Source of the DNA: an uncultured Acetobacteraceae bacterium
GTDB lineage: Bacteria > Pseudomonadota > Alphaproteobacteria > Acetobacterales > Acetobacteraceae
Assembly (NCBI GenBank): GCA_964246775.1
Contig: CAXTSD010000001.1
Location: 1-47,180 of the forward strand
Reading direction: 5' to 3'
Length of the DNA: 47,180 nt
Positions within the stretch are counted from its first letter, which is position 1. Each line of letters starts with the position of its first letter. Position numbers and translations under genes: made by a program. This document shows, one piece after another, positions 15,677 through 26,580 of this stretch. The notes beneath the pieces were generated by a model. That model was not told the DNA's origin. It saw nothing but the letters and a program-made list of their open reading frames with translations, and made no database searches.

Positions 15677-16435
15677 ATGGCTGAGACGGCTACGCCTTCC
15701 GGGCCGCGCCTGTATGTCGAGGCGGACCTCGCCGCTGGCGCTGCGGTAGCGCTGTCGGGCAGGCAGGCGCATTACCTGTCCGCTGTCATGCGGCGCCGGC
15801 CGGGCGATCGGGTGCGGCTGTTCAATGGCCGGCACGGCGAGTGGTCGGCATCGCTGGTCCGGCTCGAGCGGACACGCGCCGAGGCGCGGCCCGAGCTGAT
15901 GCTGAAATCCCAGGTTTGCGAGCCGCCGCTGTCGCTGGCCTTCGCCATGCTGAAACGCGAGAACTCCGAGATTGTCGTCCAGAAGGCAACCGAGCTTGGG
16001 GTGACGGCGCTCCAGCCCGTGCTGAGCGAGCGCAGCCAGGGCCTGCGCTTGAACACTGCACGGATGTCGGCCATCGCGGTGGAGGCGGCCGAGCAGAGCG
16101 AGCGCCTGACAGTGCCGCGGGTCGAACCCGTCTGCTCCCTGCTCGAGCTGCTGGCTGCCTGGCCAAGCGATCGCCCGCTTGCCGCTGCGATCGAGAGAAG
16201 CGGGACGGCATTCACGCCGGCGCGGGCAGAGGCGCTATTGATCGGGCCGGAGGGCGGTTTCTCGAGACGGGAGCTTGACGTGCTCGCCGCGTGCTCCTTT
16301 GTTCGGCCGACGTCTCTGGGACCGACAGTGCTGCGGGCGGAGACGGCTGCCATCGTCGGCCTCACGGTTCTGCTGATTACGCGTCAAGATGGCGGCTGGC
16401 CCGCTCAGCCTGCCGTCCCGCCGCCTACCTTATAG
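15677..16435 (+). CDS. rsmE: 16S rRNA (uracil1498-N3)-methyltransferase
   Basis: Motifs PRLYVEADL...HYLSAVMRRRPGDRVRLFNGRHGEW and C-terminal GPEGGFSRRE...LGPTVLRAETAA. Start at ATG 15677. Confidence 0.85.
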   Translation: MAETATPSGPRLYVEADLAAGAAVALSGRQAHYLSAVMRRRPGDRVRLFNGRHGEWSASLVRLERTRAEARPELMLKSQVCEPPLSLAFAMLKRENSEIVVQKATELGVTALQPVLSERSQGLRLNTARMSAIAVEAAEQSERLTVPRVEPVCSLLELLAAWPSDRPLAAAIERSGTAFTPARAEALLIGPEGGFSRRELDVLAACSFVRPTSLGPTVLRAETAAIVGLTVLLITRQDGGWPAQPAVPPPTL

Positions 16436-16460
16436 CTGTGAGCGCTGCGCAGAGAGGCCG

Positions 16461-17837
16461 ATGTCCAACCCTGGGGATGAAGACGCGACGCCGATCACTT
16501 CAGTGCGGCAGCTTGCCGATTACATCGCCGCCGGCTGCAAACCCGCGATCGAGCACCGCATCGGCACCGAACACGAGAAGTTCGGTTTTCGCAGGCCGGC
16601 TGAACCAGGCCGGGCCTATGCGCCGCCGCCCTACGAGCCGAACGGCATACGGTCAACCCTGCTCGGGATAGCGGCGCGCGGCTGGCAGCGCATCGACGAG
16701 GACGGCCGGCCGATCGGGCTGAAGCAGGGCGGCGCCTCCGTCTCGCTCGAGCCGGGCGGACAGCTTGAGCTCTCCGGCGCGCCGCTTGAGACGCTGCATC
16801 AGACCGAAGCCGAGCTTGATCGCCATCTGCAGGATGTTCGCGCGGCGGCTGGGCCGCTCGGCCTTGGCTTCGCCCCGCTCGGCTTCCATCCGACGGCGAC
16901 GCGCGCCGAGATCCCGTGGATGCCCAAGGCGCGTTACGGAATCATGCGACACTACATGCAGCGCGTCGGCCGGCTTGGGCTCGACATGATGCAGCGAACT
17001 TGCACCGTGCAGGTGAACCTCGATTATGCCTCGGAGGCCGACATGGTGCGTCGGCTGCGGGTGTCGCTGTTGTTGCAGCCGGTCGCGACGGCGCTGTTCG
17101 CCAACTCGCCGTTCACCGAGGGCCGGCCGAACGGGCTGCTTTCGGCGCGGGCGAACGTCTGGACTGACACCGATCCGGATCGCACCGGCATCCCCGAAGC
17201 CATGCTCGACGAGGGCTTTGGCTTCGAGCGCTATGTCGAGTGGCTGCTCGACGTTCCAATGTACTTCATCTATCGGGACGGCCAGTACACCGACCTGGCG
17301 GGGGCCTCGTTCCGCGACTATCTGGCGGGAAAGCTCGAAGGCGCCGGCGGCCGCCACCCGACGCTTGGCGATTTCGCCGACCACATGACGACCGCCTTCA
17401 CCGAGGTGCGGCTGAAACGTTTCCTCGAGATGCGAGGAGCGGACGCCGGCCGGCCGGACATGATGCTGGCTCAGTCGGCGCTTTGGGTCGGCTTGCTCTA
17501 TGACGATGCGGCCCTGGCTGCCGCGCACGCGCTGGTGTGTAGCCGGCCGTGGCGCGAGTTCGCCGCGTTGCGAGGAAGCGTGCCTCGCCTCGGGCTCGAA
17601 ACGCCTTGGCAGGGAGGCACGATCAGGCAGCTTGCTCGCGAGGTCGTCGGGATCGCGACGGAAGGGTTGAAAGCACGGGCTCGGATCGGACCGGACGGAC
17701 GCGACGAGCGCCGTTTCGTCGAGCCGCTTGCCGCGATCGTGGCCGGGGCGCCCACCCAGGCAGAACACTGGCTGCAGCGGTTCCACGGCGCCTGGCAGGG
17801 CGACGTCAGCCAAGTTTTCGACGAGGCGGCAATCTAG
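16461..17837 (+). CDS. gshA: Glutamate-cysteine ligase, plant/alpha-proteobacterial type (GCS2)
   Basis: Motifs RIGTEHEKFGF and SLEPGGQLELSG, with family length about 458 aa. ATG 16461 is preceded by AGAGAGG. Confidence 0.9.
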   Translation: MSNPGDEDATPITSVRQLADYIAAGCKPAIEHRIGTEHEKFGFRRPAEPGRAYAPPPYEPNGIRSTLLGIAARGWQRIDEDGRPIGLKQGGASVSLEPGGQLELSGAPLETLHQTEAELDRHLQDVRAAAGPLGLGFAPLGFHPTATRAEIPWMPKARYGIMRHYMQRVGRLGLDMMQRTCTVQVNLDYASEADMVRRLRVSLLLQPVATALFANSPFTEGRPNGLLSARANVWTDTDPDRTGIPEAMLDEGFGFERYVEWLLDVPMYFIYRDGQYTDLAGASFRDYLAGKLEGAGGRHPTLGDFADHMTTAFTEVRLKRFLEMRGADAGRPDMMLAQSALWVGLLYDDAALAAAHALVCSRPWREFAALRGSVPRLGLETPWQGGTIRQLAREVVGIATEGLKARARIGPDGRDERRFVEPLAAIVAGAPTQAEHWLQRFHGAWQGDVSQVFDEAAI

Positions 17838-17882
17838 AACGTGTTGATCGTGAACGCTCAGCGCGTTCGAGCCGGCGACCTG

Positions 17883-18776
17883 CTATCCTGCCGGCCACAG
17901 CCAGGCGGCGCCACGCACCCCTGAACTGTCGCCGTGGCGATTTCGCACGACCGGGGTCGTCATCGTGTCTGCGACGACGTGGCGCGCCATCAGCCGCGGC
18001 AGCTCTTTATAAAGGTGGTCCATGTTGGACAGGCCGCCGCCGAGGACGATGATATCAGGATCAAGCAGGTTGACGACTTGGGCGAGACCACGCGCGAGCC
18101 GGTCGGCATGACGCGCCAGCGCGGCTTGCGCAAGCGGGTCGCCGGCGGCGGCGCGACCGGGCAGGCCGCGCGCATCCTGGTGCCCTGGCCCATCGCAATC
18201 CGCCGCGAGCGACGGGCCGGAGACGAAGCGCTCGAGGCAGCCCTCATTGCCGCAGAAGCACGCCGGCATCGGGAACTCGTCGAGCCGCGGCCAGGGTAGC
18301 GGATTGTGCCCCCACTCGCCGCCGATGCGATGCAACCCATCAAGCACGCGGCCATCCACGATGATGCCGCCGCCGCAACCGGTGCCGAGGATGACACCGA
18401 AGACGACGCGCCGACCGCTTGCCGCGCCATCCGCCGCCTCGGATAGCGCAAAGCAGTTGGCATCATTCTCGACCCGAACCGTGCGGGCGAGAGCGGCGGA
18501 GAGATCGGCGTGGAAGGCGGTGCCGTTCAGCCATTGGGTGTTGGCGTTCTTGATCCGCCGGGTCGCCGGATCGATCGCACCGGGGATGCCGGCGCCAACC
18601 GAGAGGCTGCAGCCCAGCTCGCCTTCGGCATCAAGCACGAGGTCGCGCACCAGTCGCAGGGCGGTATCATAGGTGCCCGGGTTCGGCGCCCGGCGGCGCA
18701 GCACGACGCCGGAGCGATCCAATACGGCGATCTCGATCTTGGTGCCGCCGAAATCGATCCCTGCGCGCAGTATCAT
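17883..18776 (-). CDS. ROK-family sugar kinase (GlcNAc/fructo-kinase-like)
   Basis: Motif GIDFGGTKIEIAVLD and the ROK zinc motif CFCGNEGCLE. Confidence 0.85.
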   Translation of the reverse strand: MILRAGIDFGGTKIEIAVLDRSGVVLRRRAPNPGTYDTALRLVRDLVLDAEGELGCSLSVGAGIPGAIDPATRRIKNANTQWLNGTAFHADLSAALARTVRVENDANCFALSEAADGAASGRRVVFGVILGTGCGGGIIVDGRVLDGLHRIGGEWGHNPLPWPRLDEFPMPACFCGNEGCLERFVSGPSLAADCDGPGHQDARGLPGRAAAGDPLAQAALARHADRLARGLAQVVNLLDPDIIVLGGGLSNMDHLYKELPRLMARHVVADTMTTPVVRNRHGDSSGVRGAAWLWPAG

Positions 18777-18872
18777 ACCGCCTTATGCAAGCCGGCGGGC
18801 GACGGCTCAAGCCGCATCGCGAGCAGGGAGGCGGCGATTGCCAAGCCGTTGCAGGCGCCTCATCATCTTCGG

Positions 18873-19112
18873 ATGAGCGAAACACTGCTGGATGTGAAGG
18901 GGCTGAGCTGTCCGCTGCCTGTGCTGCGGGCGAACCGCCTCCTGCGCGGCATGCGAGCCGGCGAGAAGCTGCGCGTACTGGCGACTGACCGCGCGGCCGC
19001 TGCGGATTTTCGCGCCTATTGCCGGGAGACCGGGCACGCGCTGCTATCGGCGAGCGAGGAGGGCGGCGTGCTCAGCTTCACCATACGCGCCCGAGCTGAC
19101 ACCGCTGCCTGA
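18873..19112 (+). CDS. TusA/SirA-family sulfur carrier protein
   Basis: Motif LDVKGLSCPLPVL (CPxP), 79 aa. The upstream part of the track ORF 18510..19112 has no family signal. Confidence 0.8.
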   Translation: MSETLLDVKGLSCPLPVLRANRLLRGMRAGEKLRVLATDRAAAADFRAYCRETGHALLSASEEGGVLSFTIRARADTAA

Positions 19113-20041
19113 TGGCAAGCGTCGCCTTGGTGACACACGAGGCCTGCCTCGCTCATGACCCCGGGCCGGGGCACCCGGAGTCGCCGGCACGGCTTGCCGC
19201 CGTTATGGCGGCGCTCGCGACACCCGACTTCGTGGCGCTGCGACGCGTCGAGGCGCCACGAGCGACCGATGAGGCGATATTGCTGGTGCACTCCGCCGCC
19301 TTCCTGGACGGCTTGCGACAGCTGGCCGCAAGGGGCGGCCGGGTTGATATAGATGCCGATACTATATTCATGCAGCACAGCCTCGAGGCGGCGCTCCGTG
19401 CGGCGGGAGGCGCTCTCAGAGCGGTCGACATCGTCGTTGAAGGCGCGGTTGAGCGCGCCTTCGTCGCCGCGAGACCGCCCGGTCATCATGCGGAGCCGGA
19501 CCGTGCCATGGGATTTTGCCTCTTGAGCAATGCCGCCATCGCCGCACGGCACGCTCAGACCCGCCGGGGATTAAGGCGGGTCGCCGTCATCGACTTCGAC
19601 GTGCATCACGGCAATGGCACGCAAACCGCATTCGCCAGCTCGCCGGATCTACTCTATGTCTCCAGCCACCAGATGCATTGTTATCCTGGCACGGGGGCGG
19701 CAACGGAGACCGGGCTCGGCAACCTGGTCAACCTGCCTTTGCCGCCCGGTGCCGGCAGCGCACTCTTTCGTGAGGCTTGGCAGACTCGTGGCCTGCCGGC
19801 GATCACCGCCTTCGCGCCCGAACTGCTCATCATCTCGGCCGGGTTTGACGCGCATCACGACGACCCGCTGGCGCAGATCAGCCTGCGGACGGAGGACTTT
19901 AGCTGGTTGACGGGCGAGCTCGTCACCATCGCCCGCACCTGCTGTGCGGGGCGGATCGTCTCCCTGCTGGAGGGCGGCTACGACCTGAGCGCGTTGTCGG
20001 CATCGGTCGCTGCCCATGTGGCCACCTTGATGCAGGGGTAG
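19112..20041 (+). CDS. Histone deacetylase-like amidohydrolase (class II HDAC / AcuC / APAH family)
   Basis: Catalytic motifs PPGHHAEPDRAMGFC, DFDVHHGNGTQ, GFDAHHDDPL and EGGY. The start overlaps the tusA-like stop (TGATG). Confidence 0.85.
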   Translation: MASVALVTHEACLAHDPGPGHPESPARLAAVMAALATPDFVALRRVEAPRATDEAILLVHSAAFLDGLRQLAARGGRVDIDADTIFMQHSLEAALRAAGGALRAVDIVVEGAVERAFVAARPPGHHAEPDRAMGFCLLSNAAIAARHAQTRRGLRRVAVIDFDVHHGNGTQTAFASSPDLLYVSSHQMHCYPGTGAATETGLGNLVNLPLPPGAGSALFREAWQTRGLPAITAFAPELLIISAGFDAHHDDPLAQISLRTEDFSWLTGELVTIARTCCAGRIVSLLEGGYDLSALSASVAAHVATLMQG

Positions 20042-20189
20042 ACAGGCGCTAGGCCGCCCGGCCCGTCACGTGTTCCGTGCCGCCCTCTTATTGCGATATT
20101 GGCGCTACAGTGTGGCTCAAATGTGAGTTGCACGCTTCCCGAACGCGTCCTGGCGCGTTACCACTGAAAGCTGGGTGCGAGGTTGCTGG

Positions 20190-20441
20190 ATGTCGGAGCC
20201 TATCTCGAGCCTGTCGTTCGAGGATGCCCTTGCCGAGCTAGAGCAGCTTGTGAAAAGTCTTGAAGGGGGGCAGCAGCGACTTGAGGACGCAATCTCCTTC
20301 TACGAACGCGGCGTTCAGCTACGCCGGCATTGTGAAGCCAAGCTCGCTGAGGCGGAGGAGCGCGTCGAGGCGATTGTCGCGAGCGTCGACGGCGCCGCCA
20401 TACTGAGTGCCGGAACGATGAGCGCTGGAGAGCTGCCTTGA
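20190..20441 (+). CDS. xseB: Exodeoxyribonuclease VII small subunit
   Basis: Typical XseB sequence SFEDALAELEQLVKSLEGGQQRLEDAISFYERG. Confidence 0.85.
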   Translation: MSEPISSLSFEDALAELEQLVKSLEGGQQRLEDAISFYERGVQLRRHCEAKLAEAEERVEAIVASVDGAAILSAGTMSAGELP

Positions 20442-21370
20442 GCGAGACCGACGTGCTGACGGCCAAGGTATTTACATCCGTGGCCGCTTCGCTGAGTGCC
20501 GCGCTTGTCGAACGCGCAACGCGGGTTGAGGCCGCGATCGACGCGTTGCTGCCGCGGACCTCGCGGGCAGAGGGTCGGCTTGTCGATGCGATGCGCTACG
20601 CCAGCCTCGGCGGCGGCAAGCGCCTGCGCGGCTTCCTGGTGATGGAGATTGCCTCAGTGCTCGGCGTCGCTGAGGCGACGAGCGCCAAGGTGGCCGCATC
20701 GGTGGAGATGCTGCACGCCTATTCACTGATACACGATGATCTGCCGGCGATGGACAACGACGACATGCGTCGTGGCCAGGCTTCCACCCATCGCGCGTTC
20801 GGCGAGGCGACGGCGATCCTGGCCGGCGACGCCTTGCAGACCCAGGCGTTTGAAGTTGTCGCCTCGCTTGGTGCGGACGTGCCGTCGCACATACGCTGCG
20901 ATCTAGTACTCGCCTTGGCTCACGCGTCGGGCATGGATGGTATGGTCGGCGGCCAGATGATTGACATGCAGGCGGAGGGCAGCCTGCCGAGCCTTGCCGA
21001 GGTGATGCGACTTCAGGCGCTGAAGACCGGTCGGCTGATCCAGTACAGCGCCGAAGCGGGGGCTATCCTGGCCGGTGCCGAGCCCGCAATCCGCAGAACC
21101 ATGGCCGAATATGGCCGGGCGTTGGGAGCGGCCTTCCAGATTGCCGATGACGTGCTGGATGCGACCGGCGACGCCGAAGTGCTGGGCAAGAGCACCGGCA
21201 AGGATGCGGCTGTCGGCAAGGCGACCGTGGTCGCGCTTCTCGGGGTTGAGCGAGCGAAGGCCGAAGCTCGTGCGTTGGCGGGACATGCGGCCGGTCAACT
21301 GGCCGGCTTTGGCGCAGAGGCGGACCTGTTGCGCGCCCTCACCACGTACGTTGTAGAGCGTAGGAGCTGA
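20438..21370 (+). CDS. ispA: Farnesyl diphosphate synthase (geranyltranstransferase)
   Basis: FARM motif [17 protein letters not shown] and SARM motif FQIADDVLD. The TTG start overlaps the xseB stop. Confidence 0.9.
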   Translation: MSETDVLTAKVFTSVAASLSAALVERATRVEAAIDALLPRTSRAEGRLVDAMRYASLGGGKRLRGFLVMEIASVLGVAEATSAKVAASVEMLHAYSLIHDDLPAMDNDDMRRGQASTHRAFGEATAILAGDALQTQAFEVVASLGADVPSHIRCDLVLALAHASGMDGMVGGQMIDMQAEGSLPSLAEVMRLQALKTGRLIQYSAEAGAILAGAEPAIRRTMAEYGRALGAAFQIADDVLDATGDAEVLGKSTGKDAAVGKATVVALLGVERAKAEARALAGHAAGQLAGFGAEADLLRALTTYVVERRS

Positions 21371-21374
21371 CGAG

Positions 21375-23345
21375 ATGAATCACTCCCCTCCCTCGTCGAG
21401 CCTTACGCCGAAGGTTTCGCTTGCGGGCCGGCCGTCTACGCCGTTGCTCGATCGGGTCAGCGTGCCGTCCGACATGCGCAACCTGTCGACCGAGCAACTT
21501 ATCCAGCTCGCCGACGAGTTGCGCGCGGAGACTGTTGATGTCGTGTCGACGACCGGCGGGCATCTCGGCGCCAGCCTTGGCGTCGTCGAGCTCACCGTCG
21601 CCATTCATGCGGTGTTCGATACACCGTCCGACCGGCTGATCTGGGATGTCGGGCACCAGGCCTACCCTCACAAAATCATCACCGGTCGGCGAGATCGCAT
21701 TCGGACGCTTCGCCAGCCTAACGGGTTGTCCGGCTTCACGCGACGTTCGGAGAGCCAGTACGACCCGTTTGGCGCCGCCCATTCCTCCACGTCCATCTCG
21801 GCCGGCCTCGGCATGGCCGTCGCTCACGAGTTGCAGGAGCAGCCAGACCGCCACGTGATCGCGGTCATCGGCGACGGTGCGATGAGCGCCGGCATGGCCT
21901 ACGAGGCGATGAACAATGCCGGAGCGCGGCATTCGCGCCTGATCGTTGTGCTGAACGACAACGAGATGTCGATCGCGCCGCCGGTCGGCGCGATGAGCTC
22001 CTACCTGTCGCGCCTCATGTCGAGCCGCAGCTTTCTCAGCCTGCGTGAGCTCGCGGGTAAGATGGCGAAGCGCTTTCCGCGCGGCATCGAGCGGACGGCG
22101 CGCCGGGCGGAGGAGCTGGCGCGCGGCATGCTGACCGGCGGCACGCTGTTTGAGGAGCTCGGATTCTACTACGTCGGTCCAATCGATGGACACAACCTGG
22201 AGCATCTGCTGCCGATACTGCGCAACTTGCGGGACGCGGAGGAGGCTGGGCCGATACTGCTCCACGTCATCACGCAGAAAGGCAAGGGCTACGCGCCAGC
22301 CGAGGCGTCGACCGACAAATATCACGGGGTTTCGAAGTTCAACGTCATCACCGGCGAGCAGGTGAAAGCCCCAGCCGGGCCGCCAAGCTACACCCGGGTG
22401 TTCGCGGATGCGCTGGTCTCGGAAGCGGAACGCAACGAGAAGATCGTCGCCATCACGGCGGCGATGCCGGCGGGAACCGGGCTCGACCGTTTTGCCAAAC
22501 GGTTTCCGAACCGTTGTTTTGACGTCGGCATTGCCGAGCAGCATGCTGTGACCTTCGCCGCCGGCATGGCAACCGAGGGTATGGCGCCGTTCTGCGCCAT
22601 CTACTCGACGTTCCTGCAACGTGCCTACGACCAGGTTGTGCACGACGTCGCTCTTCAGAACTTGCCGGTGCGCTTCGCCATCGACCGTGCCGGTCTGGTC
22701 GGCGCGGATGGTGCAACCCACGCCGGCAGCTTTGATCTTTCCTACCTGGGCTGCCTGCCTGGCGTGGTGATCATGGCGCCCGCGGACGAAGCCGAGTTGG
22801 TGCACATGGTCGCCACGGCGGCTTCCATCAACGACCGTCCGAGCGCGGTTCGGTATCCACGCGGCGAAGGCACCGGCATCGTTCTGCCCGCAATCGGCAA
22901 CGTGCTCGAGTTGGGCCGCGGACGGGTGCTGAAGGAGGGCTCTGCTGTCGCCGTTGTGAGTCTGGGGACTCGTCTCGCCGACAGCCTCAAGGCTGCCGAA
23001 CTGCTGGCGGCCCACGGCCTACCCACGACTGTAGTCGATGCTCGCTTCGCCAAGCCCTTCGACGCGGCGTTGATCGAGCAACTCGCGCGTCATCACGAGG
23101 TCGTCATCACGGTCGAGGAGGCTTCGATTGGGGGCTTTGGCGCACAGGTCATGCACCACCTGGCCTGGAAGGGCCTGCTCGAGACGGGTATGAAGTTCCG
23201 GCCGATGGCGCTGCCCGATCGGTTCATCGATCATAACGGGCCGGTGGCGCAGATCGCCGAGGCGCAACTTTCGGCTCATGATATCGTGCAGACGGCGCTT
23301 GGAGCGCTCGGACAAGGCAGGACGCGTGCTACGATAGGGCTATGA
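21375..23345 (+). CDS. dxs: 1-deoxy-D-xylulose-5-phosphate synthase
   Basis: Motifs [32 protein letters not shown] and [18 protein letters not shown], 656 aa. Confidence 0.95.
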   Translation: MNHSPPSSSLTPKVSLAGRPSTPLLDRVSVPSDMRNLSTEQLIQLADELRAETVDVVSTTGGHLGASLGVVELTVAIHAVFDTPSDRLIWDVGHQAYPHKIITGRRDRIRTLRQPNGLSGFTRRSESQYDPFGAAHSSTSISAGLGMAVAHELQEQPDRHVIAVIGDGAMSAGMAYEAMNNAGARHSRLIVVLNDNEMSIAPPVGAMSSYLSRLMSSRSFLSLRELAGKMAKRFPRGIERTARRAEELARGMLTGGTLFEELGFYYVGPIDGHNLEHLLPILRNLRDAEEAGPILLHVITQKGKGYAPAEASTDKYHGVSKFNVITGEQVKAPAGPPSYTRVFADALVSEAERNEKIVAITAAMPAGTGLDRFAKRFPNRCFDVGIAEQHAVTFAAGMATEGMAPFCAIYSTFLQRAYDQVVHDVALQNLPVRFAIDRAGLVGADGATHAGSFDLSYLGCLPGVVIMAPADEAELVHMVATAASINDRPSAVRYPRGEGTGIVLPAIGNVLELGRGRVLKEGSAVAVVSLGTRLADSLKAAELLAAHGLPTTVVDARFAKPFDAALIEQLARHHEVVITVEEASIGGFGAQVMHHLAWKGLLETGMKFRPMALPDRFIDHNGPVAQIAEAQLSAHDIVQTALGALGQGRTRATIGL

Positions 23346-23965
23346 TGAGGGTATCACGTCTGCTGACCGGTTTGGCTCTTCTCGCCTCGACAGGCGGACA
23401 TGCCTGGGCGCAGGCAGCAAGCCCTTCGGCCCCGGTCGCAACCCTCGATCAAGGCTTGAACGGTCTTCTCGCGGGCGGCACCGCAAAGCCGTTTGTTCAG
23501 CGCTTTGCGCAGATTGCGCCCGCCGTGGATCAGGCGTTCGATCTCACGGCGATACTGCAGAGCGTGGTGGGGCCGCGCTGGGCGTCGTTACCAGCCGATC
23601 AGCAGCAAAAGCTCCTCGCGGCGTTCCGTCGCTACACGATCGCTAATTACGTCGCCAACTTCTCCGATGGCGAGGGAACCGTGATCAAGATGCTGCCCGG
23701 CACGCAGGCGGCGGGCGGCGGGCAGATGGTGTCGACCCAGATCGCGCCGAAAACCGGCGACCCGACCAAGATCAACTACTTAGTCAAACAGGGCGCGAAG
23801 GGTTGGCAGGTCACTGACATCTATCTGGACGGAACGATCAGTCAAGTGGCGGTGCAACGCTCGGATTTCCGTAGCCTTCTCGCCTCCGGCGAGGGTGCTC
23901 AGCCTTTGATCCAGCAGTTGGATAAGAAAGTTTCAGATCTGTCGGGTGGGGCCGTGAAGCCCTGA
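23342..23965 (+). CDS. hpnM: Hopanoid-associated MlaC/Ttg2D-like periplasmic lipid-binding protein
   Basis: Signal peptide, MlaC-like pattern (GPRWASL..QQ..F...[16 protein letters not shown]) and hpn context. The ATG overlaps the dxs stop (ATGA). Confidence 0.8.
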   Translation: MMRVSRLLTGLALLASTGGHAWAQAASPSAPVATLDQGLNGLLAGGTAKPFVQRFAQIAPAVDQAFDLTAILQSVVGPRWASLPADQQQKLLAAFRRYTIANYVANFSDGEGTVIKMLPGTQAAGGGQMVSTQIAPKTGDPTKINYLVKQGAKGWQVTDIYLDGTISQVAVQRSDFRSLLASGEGAQPLIQQLDKKVSDLSGGAVKP

Positions 23966-23967
23966 TC

Positions 23968-25140
23968 ATGGAGTCCGCGTTGATGAATGGTGCGGCGCTG
24001 ATATCAGCGGCCATCGCCTGTGCGGGGCTCGTACAGGTGGCGGCAGGCTGGCTGCAGTTCCGCAGGTTTCTGGTTCCTCGCAAGGCTGCGGCGGCTTGCA
24101 CCCCGGCAGTTACCGTCCTCAAGCCGTTGCACGGTGACGAGCCGATGCTGGAGGAGGCGCTCGCCTCGTTCTGCACGCAAGACTATGCGGCGCTGCAGAT
24201 CATCTTCGGATTGCAGGATTCGGCCGATCCGGCCTTGACCGTGGTGCGCCGGTTGCAGAAGCGGTTCCCGGCGCTTGACATGGCTGTGGTGGTCTGCAGC
24301 ACCGCGCACGGCGTGAATCGCAAGATATCCAACCTGATCAACATGTTGCCTATGGCCCGCCACGACGTGCTGTTGATCGCCGACAGCGACATGCACGTGC
24401 CGGTCGATCATGTGCGTACAGTCGTGGAGACGCTGCAGCAGCCCGGCATCGGCCTCGTAACCTCGTTATACTCAGGCAGGCCGGCGTTCGCCCGCGTAGC
24501 CGGCCGCCTCGGCGCGTCGCACATCAACCACTCATTCACTCCGGGCGCGCTTGTCGGACGGCTGCTTGGACGACACGACTGCCTTGGCGCGACCATGGCG
24601 CTCAGGCGTGAGACATTGGACGCTGTTGGCGGTCTTGGTGCGCTGGTCGGTCATCTGGCGGATGATGCAGTGCTCGGCCGGCTCATCGGCAAGCTGGGGC
24701 TGGAGGTGTCGCTCGCCCCGACCATGCCGGCAACGACCGTGCCCGAGACAACCGTCGCAGAGCTGTTCGCGCACGAGTTGCGTTGGGCACGGACGGTGCG
24801 CTGCGTGGCGCCCATCGGGTTTGCGCTCGCGGCAATACAATATCCTTTCGTCTGGGCCGGCTTTGCCGTCGTCGGGTCCGGCGCCGCTGCGTGGTCGCTC
24901 GCGTTGTTGGCGATGGTTTGGGCGGTGCGCTACGCGGCGAGCGCCGACATCGACCGAATGCTTGGCCTGCCGCGCGTGACGCCGGCGTGGCTGCCGCCGT
25001 TTCGCGACCTGTTGTCCGCGGCCGTTATGGTTGCCAGCTACACAGGGACCAGCGTCGCCTGGCGAGGTCACGTGCTGACCTCTAGGATGCGCCCTATATT
25101 GCACCCGGCCGCCACCAAGTTCGCGCCCGGTAAGGGATAG
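23968..25140 (+). CDS. hpnI: Hopanoid-associated glycosyltransferase (GT2, ceramide glucosyltransferase-like)
   Basis: Motifs VTVLKPLHGDEP and IADSDM, C-terminal TM helices, and its position directly before hpnJ/hpnK. Confidence 0.8.
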   Translation: MESALMNGAALISAAIACAGLVQVAAGWLQFRRFLVPRKAAAACTPAVTVLKPLHGDEPMLEEALASFCTQDYAALQIIFGLQDSADPALTVVRRLQKRFPALDMAVVVCSTAHGVNRKISNLINMLPMARHDVLLIADSDMHVPVDHVRTVVETLQQPGIGLVTSLYSGRPAFARVAGRLGASHINHSFTPGALVGRLLGRHDCLGATMALRRETLDAVGGLGALVGHLADDAVLGRLIGKLGLEVSLAPTMPATTVPETTVAELFAHELRWARTVRCVAPIGFALAAIQYPFVWAGFAVVGSGAAAWSLALLAMVWAVRYAASADIDRMLGLPRVTPAWLPPFRDLLSAAVMVASYTGTSVAWRGHVLTSRMRPILHPAATKFAPGKG

Positions 25141-25148
25141 ATCATCGC

Positions 25149-26573
25149 ATGATGAAGACGTTGTTTCTGCAACCGCCCTCGTTTGACGGCTTCGATGGTG
25201 GTGCGGGGTCACGCTATCAGGCCAAGCGCGAGATCCGGTCGTTCTGGTATCCCACTTGGCTTGCTCAGCCGGCTGCGCTGGTGCCTGGCAGCAAGCTGAT
25301 CGATGCGCCGCCGGCCGGAACCGATTTGCCTACCGTTCTGCGGCAGGTGTCGGATTACGAATTGGTCGTGGTCCACACATCCACGCCATCCTTCGCCTCC
25401 GACGTAAAGGTGGCGCAGGCGATCCGGGATGCTCATCCCGCCATCAAGATCGGCTTTGTCGGCGCCAAGGTCGCGGTGCAACCGGAGGAGAGTCTGCGCA
25501 AGGGTCCGCCGATCGATTTCGTCGCGCGCAACGAATTCGATTTCACGATCAAGGAAGTCGCAGAAGGTCGACGTTTCGCCGATGTCGACGGCATCTCATA
25601 TCGTGACCGCAACGGCGCCATCGTCCACAACACCGACCGCGCCGTCCTTGAGGACATGGACCAGCTACCCTTCGTGACGGAGGTCTATAAGCGAGACTTG
25701 CGCATCGAGGACTACTTTATCGGCTACCTGATGCATCCATACCTGTCGTTGTATACGGGGCGGGGCTGCAAATCGCGCTGCACGTTCTGCTTATGGCCGC
25801 AGACAGTGGGGGGGCACCGCTATCGGACGCGTACTCCGGGTCACGTCGCCGAAGAGATCAAGCTTGGGATGAAATACTTTCCCCAGGTACGCGAGTTCTT
25901 TTTCGACGATGATACTTTTACCGACGATTTGCCGCGTGCGCAGCTCATCGCGAAAGAGCTTGGCAAGCTCGGAGTCACCTGGTCGTGCAACGCGAAGGCG
26001 AACGTGCCACGTGAGACATTGAAAGTGTTGCGCGATAATGGCTTGCGACTGCTGCTCGTCGGCTATGAAAGCGGCAACCAGCAAATCTTGCATAACATCA
26101 AGAAGGGAATGCGGATCGAAGTCGCAAGGCAGTTCACCAAGGACTGTCATGACCTCGGTATCAAGGTCCACGGCACGTTCATTCTCGGCCTGCCTGGTGA
26201 GACACAGGACACGATCAAGGAAACCATCCGTTTCGCAACCGAAGTTAATCCACACACGATTCAGGTGTCTCTGGCAGCCCCATATCCCGGCACCTTCCTG
26301 CACAAGCAGGCGCTGGAAAACGGCTGGCTTGATGAGGATCACGCCGAGCTGATTGACGAAAGCGGCGTGCAAATGGCGCCTCTGCACTACCCGCATCTAT
26401 CGCACACCGAGATCTTTGACAATGTCGAGACGTTCTACAGGAAGTTCTATTTTCGGGCGCCAAAGATTGCCGCAATAGTCGGCGAAATGGTACGCAGCCC
26501 GCAGATGATGAGGCGCCGGTTGCGGGAAGGGGTCGAGTTTTTCCAGTTTCTTCGCGAGCGACACATCGCCTGA
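25149..26573 (+). CDS. hpnJ: Hopanoid biosynthesis radical SAM protein (B12-binding domain class)
   Basis: The N-terminus MKTLFLQPPSFDGFDGGAGSRYQAKREIRSFWYP is characteristic. Radical SAM motif GRGCKSRCTFCLWP. Confidence 0.9.
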   Translation: MMKTLFLQPPSFDGFDGGAGSRYQAKREIRSFWYPTWLAQPAALVPGSKLIDAPPAGTDLPTVLRQVSDYELVVVHTSTPSFASDVKVAQAIRDAHPAIKIGFVGAKVAVQPEESLRKGPPIDFVARNEFDFTIKEVAEGRRFADVDGISYRDRNGAIVHNTDRAVLEDMDQLPFVTEVYKRDLRIEDYFIGYLMHPYLSLYTGRGCKSRCTFCLWPQTVGGHRYRTRTPGHVAEEIKLGMKYFPQVREFFFDDDTFTDDLPRAQLIAKELGKLGVTWSCNAKANVPRETLKVLRDNGLRLLLVGYESGNQQILHNIKKGMRIEVARQFTKDCHDLGIKVHGTFILGLPGETQDTIKETIRFATEVNPHTIQVSLAAPYPGTFLHKQALENGWLDEDHAELIDESGVQMAPLHYPHLSHTEIFDNVETFYRKFYFRAPKIAAIVGEMVRSPQMMRRRLREGVEFFQFLRERHIA

Positions 26574-26580
26574 GGTTTTC

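Noticed and set aside
17852-17868. The GAACGC-N5-GCGTTC hairpin between the convergent gshA and ROK genes, as a bidirectional terminator.
   Set aside because: It has only a 6-bp stem and no T/A tracts on either side, which is too weak to call.
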